Notes: generated by a model from the letters alone, not told the origin. A stretch of 64,000 nt of DNA from Minisyncoccota bacterium (GCA_035559235.1 DATMBM010000016.1:28431-92430); one strand, 5' to 3'. Shown: positions 35,369-44,839, numbered from the stretch's first letter. A program made the numbers and translations.

Positions 35369-36472
35369 TTAACGCTCAAGAAGGACGGTTTCCGAGGGCG
35401 TCTCGACGTTTTCGACCCGGAACGATACCCGGCCGATAAGCTTGCCCTGGTTGCGTACGTTCACGCGCCACCGCCCCTCCGCAGCGTTACTCAAAATTGT
35501 GTACCCCCGGTATCCGCCCTCGCGGCCGCCACTGATCGGAAAGGAAACGGAACTTCGCGTTTCCCATGATTTCGCGGCTTCGTCATAGTATTGCCACTCG
35601 TGCACGATCGTCGTCGAGAGCCGCGGCGGCGCATAGATCGCGCTAAAGACATACACGCGCTCCCCGGGAGCACGATGGAAGGTCGTATTGTAATTAAGGT
35701 ACTGCTGATACCACTCAAGAGGTTCCGCCTGCAGCGCATACACATCGCCAGTACGCTGCACGTCGTGGTACACGCCGGCCTCCTTGAGCGCGAGCGGGAT
35801 CGGCGGAATGGCGTTCGTAAAATAGAGCACGTTGAAGATGAGGAGAATCGAGCCGATGCTGCGCAACAATCGCCAGCGCGCGCCTCGGATGATGCCTGGC
35901 GCGAAGTAGCCAAATGCGCGAAGCAGGAGCACCATCACGACGACCGCAATCGCTTCGCTTACGAGAAACATCTCCGTTCCGATTCGCAGCGTCATGACCG
36001 GCAAGAAAAAAACGACGTAGGAAATGAGTGCGGTGAAAAAGATTGTTGCCTGGAATGCGAATTGCGTATACAACGTACGAAAACGCTCGTTGCCGACGAG
36101 CAACACGGCGAGGATCGCGATAAAAATCCAGCTGCTCGCGACCGCCGCACTCTGACTGTAGAGGATGACGAAGCCGCTAAAGAGCGCGCCGAAGGCGAAT
36201 TGTATTGCGGCGGGGATGAGCGGGATGATCTGGAGGAAGAGACGTCCCTTCAGACGCCCCGACTGGATGAGATGGAACAACACGATGCCCGCTGCGGCGA
36301 TCGTGAGATAACCGGAGAGCAAAAAGATGCTCGCAACAAAATCGACGTTCCGAAAAATCACCGCGTCAATCAAAAAGCCAGTGATGAGGGTGACTGGCGA
36401 GACGTACCGTTCGTACCAGTGGAGAAGCTCCTCTGTAGAGCGCGGAAGCTTGGAAAAGTACTGTCGCATCAT
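35369..36472 (-). CDS. polytopic membrane protein with a C-terminal DUF2914-like soluble domain
   Basis: ~8 TM helices, then an Ig-like C-terminal region (…IVHEWQYYDEAAKSWETRSSVSF…GRWRVNVRN) resembling DUF2914. Confidence 0.65.
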   Translation of the reverse strand: MMRQYFSKLPRSTEELLHWYERYVSPVTLITGFLIDAVIFRNVDFVASIFLLSGYLTIAAAGIVLFHLIQSGRLKGRLFLQIIPLIPAAIQFAFGALFSGFVILYSQSAAVASSWIFIAILAVLLVGNERFRTLYTQFAFQATIFFTALISYVVFFLPVMTLRIGTEMFLVSEAIAVVVMVLLLRAFGYFAPGIIRGARWRLLRSIGSILLIFNVLYFTNAIPPIPLALKEAGVYHDVQRTGDVYALQAEPLEWYQQYLNYNTTFHRAPGERVYVFSAIYAPPRLSTTIVHEWQYYDEAAKSWETRSSVSFPISGGREGGYRGYTILSNAAEGRWRVNVRNQGKLIGRVSFRVENVETPSETVLLER

Positions 36473-36502
36473 CCAATACTATCAGTTTTCAGGTCACTAT
36501 TG

Positions 36503-37105
36503 TCAGAGAAAATCCTTCACCATTATCTCGCGCGCTGCTCGAAGCGCCTTCCCTCGATGGCTAATACTGTTTTTCTCCTCCAACGTCAGTTCCGCCAAGG
36601 TTTTCCCAAGCTCGTCATTTAGGAAAATCGGATCATACCCGAATCCATCCGCTCCGCGCGGCTCAGTGGTTATACTCCCCTCGCACACTCCTTCGCACGT
36701 TCTCACCTTGTCGCTTTCCGGGTCAAACACGGCAATTACGGCGCGAAAGCGCGCCGTGCGCTTTTCCTCAGGGACGTCGGCAAGCTCACTCAGCACCTTC
36801 GTGTATCGATTCTTGTCGTCGCCGGAAGCATACCGGGCGCTATACACACCAGGCCGCCCTCCGAGCGCATCGATTTCAAGCCCGGAGTCATCGGCAAGCG
36901 TAAGGAGGTTTGTTTTCCTGCCGAGTGTCATAGCCTTAATCAAGGCGTTTCCTTCAAACGTGGTTGCCGGTTCTTCCACCGCGAAATCTTTCGGTAAACC
37001 CGGGACATCATTTAGATTCAAAAACTCAAGCGGCAAATCCTTGAGTCCCGCAACTATTTCCGGAAACTTTCCCTTCGATCGGGTTGCGATGAGGAGTTGT
37101 CTCAT
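36503..37105 (-). CDS. rdgB: non-canonical purine NTP pyrophosphatase (RdgB/HAM1 family); start MRQLLIATRSKGK
   Basis: Ham1 motifs (LIATRSKGKFPEI..., …SGLEIDALGGRPGVYSARYA…, FGYDPIF). The start abuts the tRNA-Leu 3' end. Confidence 0.88.
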   Translation of the reverse strand: MRQLLIATRSKGKFPEIVAGLKDLPLEFLNLNDVPGLPKDFAVEEPATTFEGNALIKAMTLGRKTNLLTLADDSGLEIDALGGRPGVYSARYASGDDKNRYTKVLSELADVPEEKRTARFRAVIAVFDPESDKVRTCEGVCEGSITTEPRGADGFGYDPIFLNDELGKTLAELTLEEKNSISHRGKALRAAREIMVKDFL

Positions 37106-37106
37106 G

Positions 37107-37190
37107 TGCGCAGGAGAGGACTCGAACCTCCATGCCCTTGCGGGCGCTACCACCTCAAGGTAGTACGTCTACCAATTTCGCCACCTGCGC
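37107..37190 (-). tRNA. tRNA-Leu (anticodon GAG), class II with a long variable arm
   Basis: Acceptor GCGCAGG/CCTGCGC; anticodon stem CTACC/GGTAG; loop TTGAGGT; variable arm CGCCCGCAAGGGCAT; T-loop TTCGAGT. Confidence 0.85.
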
Positions 37191-37200
37191 AGCGAAGCAA

Positions 37201-37659
37201 TTATTGCTTATTTTCCTCGGGAGTTCCAGCTTCCGCCGCTACTTCAGTTTCGGCAGTCGTTGCTTCGACAGGCGCTTCAGCCACAGGCTCTTCCGCGACC
37301 ATATCCCCGTCACGGACGAGGCGCTGACGGCGCAGCTGGCGGCGCGCTTCGCGCGCAACCTTCTCGCGTATGTAGTAGAGCTTCGCGCGGCGTACTCGCG
37401 CGCGTTTCACCAATTCGACGCGATCGATCATCGGAGAGTGTACGGGAAAAATCTTCTCGACGCCGACACCCGACGATACCTTGCGGACCGTAAACGTACC
37501 ACCCGCTTCGTTGCCATGCTTGCGCGCGAGAACGAGACCCTCAAACGCCTGCAGGCGGGTCTTTCCCTTCTCTTCGATTTTTTGCCAGACGCGCACCGTG
37601 TCTCCCGGCTTGATATCCGAGATGTTGGCGCCGCCTCCTTTGGATTTCGTTGCGATCAT
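37201..37659 (-). CDS. rplS: 50S ribosomal protein L19 with a C-terminal acidic/Ala-rich extension
   Basis: …[65 protein letters not shown] is canonical L19. Confidence 0.9.
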   Translation of the reverse strand: MIATKSKGGGANISDIKPGDTVRVWQKIEEKGKTRLQAFEGLVLARKHGNEAGGTFTVRKVSSGVGVEKIFPVHSPMIDRVELVKRARVRRAKLYYIREKVAREARRQLRRQRLVRDGDMVAEEPVAEAPVEATTAETEVAAEAGTPEENKQ

Positions 37660-37678
37660 CGGCGGCACTCTACCACAG

Positions 37679-37951
37679 CTAGTAGATGATTTCAAATCGA
37701 CCGTATTCCTTCGTCGGCTGCCTCCACTCCACCTCGACGTTCGAAACCGTCGCTAAAAACGGGCCTTTCCGGATGTATTCGAGAAGTTTCTGCAGGCTGT
37801 CTTCGTACCCCTGCGCGACGACCTCGACGGTACCATTGGTGAGGTTGCGCACATAGCCGGTAAGCGCCAAGTGGCGCGCATGCTTTTCAACGAAGGCGCG
37901 ATACGTGACCATTTGGACCCGTCCGGAGACGATAGCGCGGAATTCTTCCAT
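37679..37951 (-). CDS. acyP: acylphosphatase
   Basis: …[14 protein letters not shown]…[17 protein letters not shown]… contains the acylphosphatase signatures. Confidence 0.85.
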   Translation of the reverse strand: MEEFRAIVSGRVQMVTYRAFVEKHARHLALTGYVRNLTNGTVEVVAQGYEDSLQKLLEYIRKGPFLATVSNVEVEWRQPTKEYGRFEIIY

Positions 37952-37985
37952 TTCACCACTATACAAGATAGGATAGTCTTTAAGA

Positions 37986-38058
37986 CCCCTCGTAGTTCAA
38001 TGGATCAGAACTGCGGACTTCTAAGCCGCTAATGTAGGTTCGATTCCTACCGAGGGGA
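37986..38058 (+). tRNA. tRNA-Arg (anticodon TCT); acceptor stem begins C1:G72
   Basis: Acceptor CCCCTCG/CGAGGGG+A; D-arm TA-GTTC...GAAC; anticodon loop CTTCTAA, with one mismatch at the 31:39 pair; T-arm GTAGG-TTCGATT-CCTAC. Confidence 0.72.
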
Positions 38059-38061
38059 GAT

Positions 38062-38134
38062 GCGCGGTTAGCTCAGTTGGTAGAGCAACTCGTTTACACC
38101 GAGTGGGCCGGGGGTTCGAGTCCCTCACCGCGCA
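38062..38134 (+). tRNA. tRNA-Val (anticodon TAC)
   Basis: Acceptor GCGCGGT/ACCGCGC+A; D-arm TA-GCTC-AGTTGGTA-GAGC; anticodon stem ACTCG/CGAGT; loop TTTACAC; T-arm CCGGG-GGTTCGAG-TCCCT. Confidence 0.85.
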
Positions 38135-38431
38135 CTACGAAGGATCCGACAATGCCGGCGCCGTACGACGTTCGTCGAACCGCGTCGCGCGCTCATCGAA
38201 GCCGTCGAGGATTTCTTGCAGGTCGGCGCGATTTAATGGGGCCCGCGGCGAGCCGACCGTCACGTCGCTGCCACTTCCTTCGAGCGGACGGCTGAATTCC
38301 CAGGCGCCATACGCAATACTCAGAACCGTCGACAGTGCGAAAAGTGAGATCATCAGTGCCCAGTATGCCCGCGCAATCTGCGCATGCGCCTCGGGCTCGT
38401 GCCGAGCACGGAATGCATCTCGTATTTTCAT
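38135..38431 (-). CDS. hypothetical membrane-anchored protein, possible fourth gene (PilP-like position) of the pilM/N/O-like operon
   Basis: ORF directly downstream of the pilO-like gene. TM anchor AYWALMISLFALSTVLSIAYGAW. Sequence not diagnostic. Confidence 0.4.
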   Translation of the reverse strand: MKIRDAFRARHEPEAHAQIARAYWALMISLFALSTVLSIAYGAWEFSRPLEGSGSDVTVGSPRAPLNRADLQEILDGFDERATRFDERRTAPALSDPS

Positions 38432-38453
38432 GTTTGAGGTGCTGAGTCGCATA

Positions 38454-38960
38454 CTATTGAGACGGTGAGTACAGAACGCGCAAGCGCGCGGTCAGGTGCC
38501 AGGTATTTTCCCGCTGCTCCAGCTCAAAATGATCGAGCGCCGTCGGTAACGGAAGGACTTCAAAAAGGCTCACGGCGCGCATGAGCGATCCGAACGAGCC
38601 TGAGCCGTTGACGACAATTGAAACGGCGGAGAGGCCCCCGGTCGACGGCGCCGGTGCCGCTCCCCCGATCGTGATATTGCTCACGCCCGCTGCGCGCCCC
38701 GCCTGTTCGATACTTTCAACGGCCTGCAAGATGGAAATGGCAACAACGCTCTCGAGCGCTGCGCGTTCAACTTCGGTGCTCTGCACGCTCGCGCGCAGGC
38801 GTGCCGCCGATTCGCCGCGGATCGATTCTTGTTTTGCGCTCTCAAGCGCTTCGGCATACGTCGCACGCTCCTGTCCCAGCTGCCATATGAGTCCGCCAAA
38901 GCCCGCCCACAGAGCGATTGCGACGACGACCATCAGCCATGCAATGATTGAATACCGCAT
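38454..38960 (-). CDS. PilO-like type IV pilus assembly protein (bitopic)
   Basis: N-terminal TM helix (IIAWLMVVVAIALWAGFGGLIW), coiled region, C-terminal ferredoxin-like region. Positioned third in a pilM-N-O arrangement. Confidence 0.55.
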   Translation of the reverse strand: MRYSIIAWLMVVVAIALWAGFGGLIWQLGQERATYAEALESAKQESIRGESAARLRASVQSTEVERAALESVVAISILQAVESIEQAGRAAGVSNITIGGAAPAPSTGGLSAVSIVVNGSGSFGSLMRAVSLFEVLPLPTALDHFELEQRENTWHLTARLRVLYSPSQ

Positions 38961-38962
38961 AC

Positions 38963-39481
38963 CTAAAAATCACCGGTGAGTGTTATCGTAAATCGCCCTT
39001 CCTGCGCGCCGACAAGTGCCGCGACCGGCACGGAAACATCCGTAAAGGCGCCCGCCTCCCGCAGCGCATCGCGAAATTCGTTCACGGCTTCGCGAGATTG
39101 GGAGGTGCCCGAAAGGACAATCTGGTGCGTGGCCGCCTGGTACGTGAGTGCTGTTATCGAAATGCTTCGCGGCTGCAGTTCAAGCGCGAGCGCAAGTGCA
39201 TCTGAAACCGACGACGAGGCGTGTGTCAGCGGGCCGAGCGCCGTGACCAATGATTGCGCACGCGCCACTTTTTCCTGATCGTCCTGCGCGGCGCGCGTCT
39301 CTTCAAGCGAAGGCGCATGCAGCGAAGCTTGTGCGATCTGGACCGACACGAATGCGGGAGCGAGTGCGAGTGCGGCAACCAGTGCTGCAAGTGAGACGAT
39401 CGACGCACCGATGAATACAAATCGTGCACGCATCCGCCGATCGAGATTCTTCTTTGCTTCCCCCGTTAAGACATTGCTCAT
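38963..39481 (-). CDS. PilN-like type IV pilus assembly protein (bitopic)
   Basis: Conserved short cytoplasmic N-terminus (NLDRRMRARFVFIGASIVSLAALVAA), then TM and a periplasmic domain. Gene order directly after pilM. Confidence 0.55.
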   Translation of the reverse strand: MSNVLTGEAKKNLDRRMRARFVFIGASIVSLAALVAALALAPAFVSVQIAQASLHAPSLEETRAAQDDQEKVARAQSLVTALGPLTHASSSVSDALALALELQPRSISITALTYQAATHQIVLSGTSQSREAVNEFRDALREAGAFTDVSVPVAALVGAQEGRFTITLTGDF

Positions 39482-40569
39482 ACTGAGGCGACGCTTCGGA
39501 GCGCCAATCCGATCGCCGTCGCGTATTGGAACGACGCGCGATACGGAATGGAAGGAATGTAATCGTCAAACGAAAAAACGTTGCACCACACGTTCGGGCG
39601 CTCCGTAAACGCATGCACTTTGCCGGCGATATACTCAGGAAAACCTTTCAAATTGACGTTACCGCCGACCAGGAAGACGCGCTCAACGCCGCTATTCTGC
39701 GCGCTTTTGGTCCGATGCGTGTCCCAGAAGCGATAGTGCCGCGCGATTTCTTCCGCGAGCCCGGAAGCCACCTTGTCCACCGCCTCAAATCCCTTTTGTA
39801 GTTTCGGATCGTCGGGCACCAGGCCATGCTCATTCTTAAACTGGAGCGCATCTTCTTCTGAAATCGAAAGTGCTTCCATGAGTGCACGACTCATATGGTC
39901 GCCGCCGATGTCCACGGTGGACGTGAAAATCGGGATGCCATTTTTCAAGATTGCAACGCCGGTGCGCGCCTTTCCGCAATCCACCAGCAATGTCACCGGA
40001 TTATGTTCCGCGGGCGAAACCGCGCGCCCGATCGAGCGCGCCTCGATTTCCAGTGATACGAGCTCAATCCCGGATTTCGAAAACGCCTCGATGTACCCTT
40101 CGGCAAGTTCCCGCGGGAAAACCGTGACGGCGATTTCTTCTCCCGCATCGCCGCGCGCGCCGACGAAGTCGAAATCGTACACCGCCTGCTTTGGCGGAAT
40201 CGGGACCCGCCCTTCCAGCTCGAACTCGATCATGCTCGTGATCTGCGCGCGGCTCGATCCGGGATGCACGTGCATGCTGAAGACATATGCGCCCTCTTCG
40301 GGAAGCGCTGCGTGCGCAGCAACCACGCGCCCCTGCTTCTTGACCTCCTTGAGCGCATCCGCAAGCGCGTCGGCATTACGGATAGCTCCCGTCTGCACGA
40401 TGTCGGGACCGATGTCGTGCGAACCGTAATTGACGATGCGGCTGCCATCGGCGGCGGGCGCAAGCGTGAGCCACTTGATGGAGGTGTCGCTGATGTCGAC
40501 CCCGGATGCAAGCGGGCTCAATGTGCGAGGCACTGGAAACCAGCGCGCAAGTGTGCGCGTGAACATCAT
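39478..40569 (-). CDS. pilM: type IV pilus assembly protein PilM (actin-like ATPase fold)
   Basis: …GVDISDTSIKWLTLAPAADGSRIVNYGSHDIGPDIV… and …VDCGKARTGVAIL… are typical PilM/FtsA-like motifs. 363 aa. Confidence 0.8.
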   Translation of the reverse strand: MMFTRTLARWFPVPRTLSPLASGVDISDTSIKWLTLAPAADGSRIVNYGSHDIGPDIVQTGAIRNADALADALKEVKKQGRVVAAHAALPEEGAYVFSMHVHPGSSRAQITSMIEFELEGRVPIPPKQAVYDFDFVGARGDAGEEIAVTVFPRELAEGYIEAFSKSGIELVSLEIEARSIGRAVSPAEHNPVTLLVDCGKARTGVAILKNGIPIFTSTVDIGGDHMSRALMEALSISEEDALQFKNEHGLVPDDPKLQKGFEAVDKVASGLAEEIARHYRFWDTHRTKSAQNSGVERVFLVGGNVNLKGFPEYIAGKVHAFTERPNVWCNVFSFDDYIPSIPYRASFQYATAIGLALRSVASV

Positions 40570-40591
40570 TCAAAAAAGTATAGCACTTCTT

Positions 40592-40933
40592 TTACTTCAA
40601 TTGCGTGCCGTTTGGAACGGGCGCGTCGGGTATCAGGAGCGCGAGCGTCTCGTCTGACGACGCCGCGAGGAGCATCCCCTGGCTTTCGATGCCGCGGAGC
40701 ATTCGTGGCGCGAGGTTCACAATATAGGGAAGTTGCTTGCCAACGATCTCTTCCGGCTTCCGGAAGAGCGCGATGCCCGAGACGATCGTGCGCTCGCCAA
40801 GCTCGCCGAAATCCACCGTGCACTTGATGAGCTTGTCGGCGCCTTCGACCATTTCTGCCGCAACGACCGTGCCGAGGCGGATGTCGAGTTTCGCGAAGTC
40901 GTCGTATGCGATCTCTGGCTTTTGTTCGCTCAT
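40592..40933 (-). CDS. tRNA-binding domain protein (CsaA / MetRS C-terminal EMAPII-like OB fold); start MSEQKPEIAYDD
   Basis: …FAKLDIRLGTVVAAEMVEGADKLIKCTVDFGE…RTIVSGIALF…LPYIVNLAPRMLRGIESQGMLLAAS… is the Trbp111/CsaA signature. The upstream part of the ORF is a GC-rich artefact. Confidence 0.8.
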   Translation of the reverse strand: MSEQKPEIAYDDFAKLDIRLGTVVAAEMVEGADKLIKCTVDFGELGERTIVSGIALFRKPEEIVGKQLPYIVNLAPRMLRGIESQGMLLAASSDETLALLIPDAPVPNGTQLK

Positions 40934-40943
40934 GCGTGAGAGA

Positions 40944-41330
40944 TTACTCCGTTTTCCCCCGCGCGTCGAGAAACCGCTGCAAAATGATGGCGGCCGCGGC
41001 GGAATCGTCGTGCACGCCATTCGGCGCGAACCGTCCGGCCTCCACCGAGCTCCACGCTTCCCACGCACGATGGATGGGGATCGTGACGCGCTCGCCAAGC
41101 CGCTCCGCAAAGTGGTCTGCTTCGAATGTCACCGGATTTTCGACGCCGTTTGCGGCGCGCGCATCGCCAATAACAATGGCGCCGACGTTTGCATCGATCA
41201 GTTTCGCGATATGATCGAATGCTGCGTCGTCGTTGGGGATCGTTTCCTTGGGAAACGCGAACCCGCCCGTTTCGTCGGAGAGCGCGATGCCGATCCGCTT
41301 TGCGCCGAAGTCGATGCCGAGATATCGCAT
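40944..41330 (-). CDS. ruvX: Holliday-junction-resolvase-like nuclease YqgF/RuvX (pre-16S rRNA nuclease); start MRYLGIDFG
   Basis: MRYLGIDFGAKRIGIALSDETGGFAFP… and …AIVIGDA… are canonical YqgF. The remainder of the 251-aa ORF is upstream noise. Confidence 0.85.
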   Translation of the reverse strand: MRYLGIDFGAKRIGIALSDETGGFAFPKETIPNDDAAFDHIAKLIDANVGAIVIGDARAANGVENPVTFEADHFAERLGERVTIPIHRAWEAWSSVEAGRFAPNGVHDDSAAAAIILQRFLDARGKTE

Positions 41331-41337
41331 ATGCCAA

Positions 41338-41748
41338 CTATGACCGAAGTCTGCTTGTTTTGAAAGTCTCGGGCTTGAATGCCTTAAGCCTGACAACGAG
41401 CGGCGTGAGCCCTGCGTGCGCAAGCGCGTGGGGGAGCGCTTCCACGTATTCGCCTTTCTGGTCGTAGCCGAGCGCGATAATCTCCGGCGCCTCGCGCACA
41501 ATATGTTGGATGAATCCTTCTTCGTCTCCAAGCACCGCCTTGTCGACAAGCGGATGCGCAGCGACGAGCGCAAGGCGCTCGTCCTCAGAACGCTGTGGCG
41601 CTGCTGAGCGATGACGGGTCGCCGCGGCATCCCGCGCCACCGATACAATGAGGTATGGATCGTCTGCAAGGGATCGCGCTTGCCGGAAAAAATCTTCATG
41701 ACCCATGTGGATCATATCGAACGTGCCGAAAACCATTATTTTTTTCAT
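41338..41748 (-). CDS. cytidylyl/adenylyl-transferase-like nucleotidyltransferase (HxGH motif); start [11 protein letters not shown]
   Basis: [17 protein letters not shown] is the (T/H)xGH nucleotidyltransferase signature (CTP:glycerol-3-P cytidylyltransferase / NMNAT-like). The ORF N-terminus overlaps tRNA-Ser and is discarded. Confidence 0.72.
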   Translation of the reverse strand: MKKIMVFGTFDMIHMGHEDFFRQARSLADDPYLIVSVARDAAATRHRSAAPQRSEDERLALVAAHPLVDKAVLGDEEGFIQHIVREAPEIIALGYDQKGEYVEALPHALAHAGLTPLVVRLKAFKPETFKTSRLRS

Positions 41749-41749
41749 T

Positions 41750-41834
41750 GCCGAGGGGGTGAGATTCGAACTCACGGTCCCTTGCGAGACTCTTGTTTTC
41801 AAGACAAGCGCGTTAGACCACTCCGCCACCCCTC
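41750..41834 (-). tRNA. tRNA-Ser (anticodon TGA), class II; acceptor stem begins C1:G72
   Basis: Acceptor CGAGGGG/CCCCTCG+G; TG-GCG-GAGTGGTCTAA-CGC; anticodon stem CTTGT/ACAAG; loop CTTGAAA; long variable arm AGTCTCGCAAGGGACC; T-arm GTGAG-TTCGAAT-CTCAC. Confidence 0.8.
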
Positions 41835-41888
41835 GGAATCATTAGAGTTGTAGCACACCACTTCGAAAAACGCGATACAATAGACGCC

Positions 41889-42359
41889 ATGCCGGAGCAA
41901 ACGGGAGGGACTTTGCGCTGGAGCGCCTACGAGCACGAGCACATCGAGCGCGGCAGCGACTGGTACTGGGCACTCGGCATCATCGCCGTGTGCGCCGCCG
42001 TCACGAGCATCCTCTTCGGGAATTTTCTGTTCGCGCTCCTCATCGTGGTTGCCGCATTCACGATCGGCATCATCGCACAGCAGCCACCGGAACTGCATGA
42101 ATTCGAACTCAGCGAAAAAGGCATCCGTATCGGGAAGGATTTCCATTCGTACGATACGATGCTCTCATTCTGGGTGGACGACGAGATCGACGAGCCGCTT
42201 TTGCTGGTGGATACGACGAAATTTTTGAGCCCGAACCTCATCATCCCAGTCGGCGACATGCATCCGGACACGATCCGCGACTTTTTGCGCCCTCACGTCG
42301 AAGAAGTGCCGATGAAAGAACCCATCGCACACAAGATATTGGAATTCTTTGGCTTCTAA
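41889..42359 (+). CDS. hypothetical membrane protein (156 aa, 2 TM)
   Basis: Hydrophobic pair (WYWALGIIAVCAAVTSILFGNFLFALLIVVAAFTIGII) followed by a soluble tail. Confidence 0.5.
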   Translation: MPEQTGGTLRWSAYEHEHIERGSDWYWALGIIAVCAAVTSILFGNFLFALLIVVAAFTIGIIAQQPPELHEFELSEKGIRIGKDFHSYDTMLSFWVDDEIDEPLLLVDTTKFLSPNLIIPVGDMHPDTIRDFLRPHVEEVPMKEPIAHKILEFFGF

Positions 42360-44389
42360 TTATTGACTGAAACTGTCGTCGACGCGGTCTTTGTCGCGCC
42401 GGTTTTTGTCTGGCAGGTCAGGACGAAGGTTGCACTTGCGGAAAGCGCCGGTGTTTTTACCGTACCGGAGACGTTCGTCGAACTTGCGTGCTCGGCGGTA
42501 AAGGCCGGAAGCGTCGGGCTCGAGATGACGCAGGCGTCCATCCCGCTCGATACCCAGCCGATGTTTGATTGCGCGCCGCTCTGAACAGTTTTCGGATTCG
42601 CGACAAGCACGATTCCCGTCTTATTGATATTGATCGTACACTGTGCGCTATGCACAACACCTTGGTTGGAACAGTTGAGTCCGTACGTGATCGTATGTTG
42701 CCCCAGTGACGGCGCCGAGACAGTCGTTGTCGCCGATCCCGAAAGCGCACCGCCAGTCGAGAAGCCGGTTCCGCCGCTTGTTGATGAATTTTGGCAGGCA
42801 AATGAGATGCCAACCTGCATGCCAACATCAACCGTCTGCGGCTGGCACGAAATCTGCGCCTGCGGCTGTCCCGATCCGCCTCCCTGTCCGGCGACGGCAA
42901 CTTGCGTCTCGCACTTCCCCTCCTGGTTGCCATGCCCGACCACAGTAAGCACATAGGTCGTCGGCGTCTGCGGGTAGACGGTCATCGACCCGCGCGGCCC
43001 GACTTGCCCGGAATTCGAGAGATATGCGTATTGAGCGTACTGTGATTCCCACGTAAGCGTTGCGGCCTGTCCTGCCGCGCTAACGTTTGTTGGCGACACG
43101 CGAATCGAACACGTCGGTCGTGGATAGTTGTACGGGTTTGATGGGTTGTTGGGGTTGTACGAGCCGGTCGGGCATTTATCAAGAAGCTGCAAGATGCCGC
43201 TACACATTCGCTGCCCCGTATACGGATTGCGGCAGTTGCCAATAAGCGCTTGAATTCCCTGGCACTGTTGTTCATATACATTATTGAGACATCCTGGCCC
43301 ACCAGTTCTGTTCGGGTCTACAATGTATGGGTTCAGACTGACGATGCAATAACTCGATTGTCCGGGGGAAACCGTTCTCCAATTACCAAACCCGCCGCCC
43401 CGATACGTTCCCAACTCTTGCAGGCGTCGACACGCCTCTTGTGAACCATTGTCCACACATTCCCGCACCAACCGATTGCGCTCCGACACACTCGGTCCGC
43501 TTACGCACCGCGGATCGCCTGGGCAACTATATCTCTCAGGTTCCTGTCTCGGACTCGATGTGATTCCGCCCCGATCATTTGCAAGCGATTGAGCTTCCTT
43601 GCGAAAATTATCAAGTCTTTCCTGTTCGGCAGTAACTCGCGACGCCGCATCGCTTCGCGCGTTTATCTCGGCGCTGCAATATATACTCGCCCGTCCTCCA
43701 TATCTATCTTCGCAAGAACGTGCGGCAGTATCAGCAACAGCAAGGTCGGTAGCAGCTTGAGAAATTCTTGCCTGCGCCTGCTCTTCAAACGCTCCAAGAA
43801 TGAACCGAGAGGAGTCGACTGACATCCCTGACGTAATTGTCTTAGTGTCTATGGGGTCGCCCGGAGAATAATTGCTCAACACGGATGACGCAAATTCGCT
43901 TGCGGCAGCGCTGTTGTTAGAAGTGGCACGATTCAAGTCCGCTTGCGTTGCAAAGCGCCGCTCGTCGGTGCAGGTCTCACTGCGTTGTCCCGACTGTGTA
44001 GTGGATACACAAAATCGCGCATAACATCCTGGCTTACGTACACCTCCGGGGTTGGGACACAACTTACCTTCATCTTCTTTCTTTACAGATGCACTCGGGC
44101 CTGTCAGGCACTGAATTGTGATCTCGGGCCGACTTCCGGCCGCCGACCCAACCGTTACTTTGATGTGACTGTCGTTGACACATATGTCTCCCTCTTGCAG
44201 ATCCGCAGGTCGCGTCTCTGGTGTAGAAGACTGGGTCGTTCCTCCTGCCTGTGCCAATTGCCCCTCGCGGTGTATCGCGATTTTTGCCGCATCAAGTGAA
44301 AGTGCGAGGCTGCCGAGTACGACCGTGACGAGCAGCACGGCAAAGAGCGGCGATCCTCCGCGCTCAAAAAAGCGCCAGCGCATGGCCAT
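42356..44389 (-). CDS. large secreted Cys-rich protein (677 aa) with C-terminal Ig-like beta domains
   Basis: N-terminal signal/anchor (LFAVLLVTVVLGSLALSL). More than 30 Cys in CxxC/CxC patterns, including …CQGIQALIGNCRNPYTGQRMCSGILQLLDKC…. C-terminal beta-sandwich-like region. Confidence 0.65.
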   Translation of the reverse strand: MAMRWRFFERGGSPLFAVLLVTVVLGSLALSLDAAKIAIHREGQLAQAGGTTQSSTPETRPADLQEGDICVNDSHIKVTVGSAAGSRPEITIQCLTGPSASVKKEDEGKLCPNPGGVRKPGCYARFCVSTTQSGQRSETCTDERRFATQADLNRATSNNSAAASEFASSVLSNYSPGDPIDTKTITSGMSVDSSRFILGAFEEQAQARISQAATDLAVADTAARSCEDRYGGRASIYCSAEINARSDAASRVTAEQERLDNFRKEAQSLANDRGGITSSPRQEPERYSCPGDPRCVSGPSVSERNRLVRECVDNGSQEACRRLQELGTYRGGGFGNWRTVSPGQSSYCIVSLNPYIVDPNRTGGPGCLNNVYEQQCQGIQALIGNCRNPYTGQRMCSGILQLLDKCPTGSYNPNNPSNPYNYPRPTCSIRVSPTNVSAAGQAATLTWESQYAQYAYLSNSGQVGPRGSMTVYPQTPTTYVLTVVGHGNQEGKCETQVAVAGQGGGSGQPQAQISCQPQTVDVGMQVGISFACQNSSTSGGTGFSTGGALSGSATTTVSAPSLGQHTITYGLNCSNQGVVHSAQCTININKTGIVLVANPKTVQSGAQSNIGWVSSGMDACVISSPTLPAFTAEHASSTNVSGTVKTPALSASATFVLTCQTKTGATKTASTTVSVNN

Positions 44390-44445
44390 GCGGTAATGAT
44401 GCGCCCTTTAGAGAGTCGTCGCAATGAACGCGTGTGGAAACCATG

Positions 44446-44519
44446 CTCTCGGTAGGAATCGAACCTACATTACATCCTCCGCAAGGATGCGTCCTATCCA
44501 TTGAACGACGAGAGCGTCG
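44446..44519 (-). tRNA. tRNA-Arg (anticodon reads GCG as parsed; G37)
   Basis: Acceptor GCTCTCG/CGAGAGC+A; D-stem GTTC/GGAC; anticodon stem CATCC/GGATG; loop TTGCGGA; T-arm GTAGG-TTCGATT-CCTAC. Confidence 0.72.
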
Positions 44520-44553
44520 CCTCACAATACCTACAAAACGCCGTAGCGTAAAG

Positions 44554-44787
44554 TTATTTCGCCTTTTTCGCAAGCCGCGACTTCATGCGCGACGCGGTAT
44601 TCTTCTTAATGACACCGCGCTTCAGGGCCTTGTCGATCGCCTGGTAGGCGCTCGAGAGATTTTCGGCATTTGCGGTTTTTTGAGCCACCTTCACCGCGTC
44701 CTTCATAGCCTTCGCGCGACGCAGGTTGAATACGCGTCGACGCATCTCGACGCGGACAGCTTTCTTGGCGGAACTCGTGTTTGCCAT
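44554..44787 (-). CDS. rpsT: 30S ribosomal protein S20
   Basis: MANTSSAKKAVRVEMRRRVFNLRRAKAMK…: typical S20 basic helical protein, 77 aa. Confidence 0.92.
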   Translation of the reverse strand: MANTSSAKKAVRVEMRRRVFNLRRAKAMKDAVKVAQKTANAENLSSAYQAIDKALKRGVIKKNTASRMKSRLAKKAK

Positions 44788-44839
44788 TGCGCGATACTAC
44801 CCCGTCGCGTCCTTTCACGCAAGACGGTATGATGGGCGC

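Noticed and set aside
35591-37163. Plus-strand ORFs 35591..36622 and 36327..37163
   Set aside because: Antisense to the DUF2914 membrane-protein gene, rdgB and tRNA-Leu; charged, low-complexity shadow translations.
40264-41363. Plus-strand ORFs overlapping the pilM, tRNA-binding-protein and ruvX genes
   Set aside because: Antisense to genes with clear family signatures.
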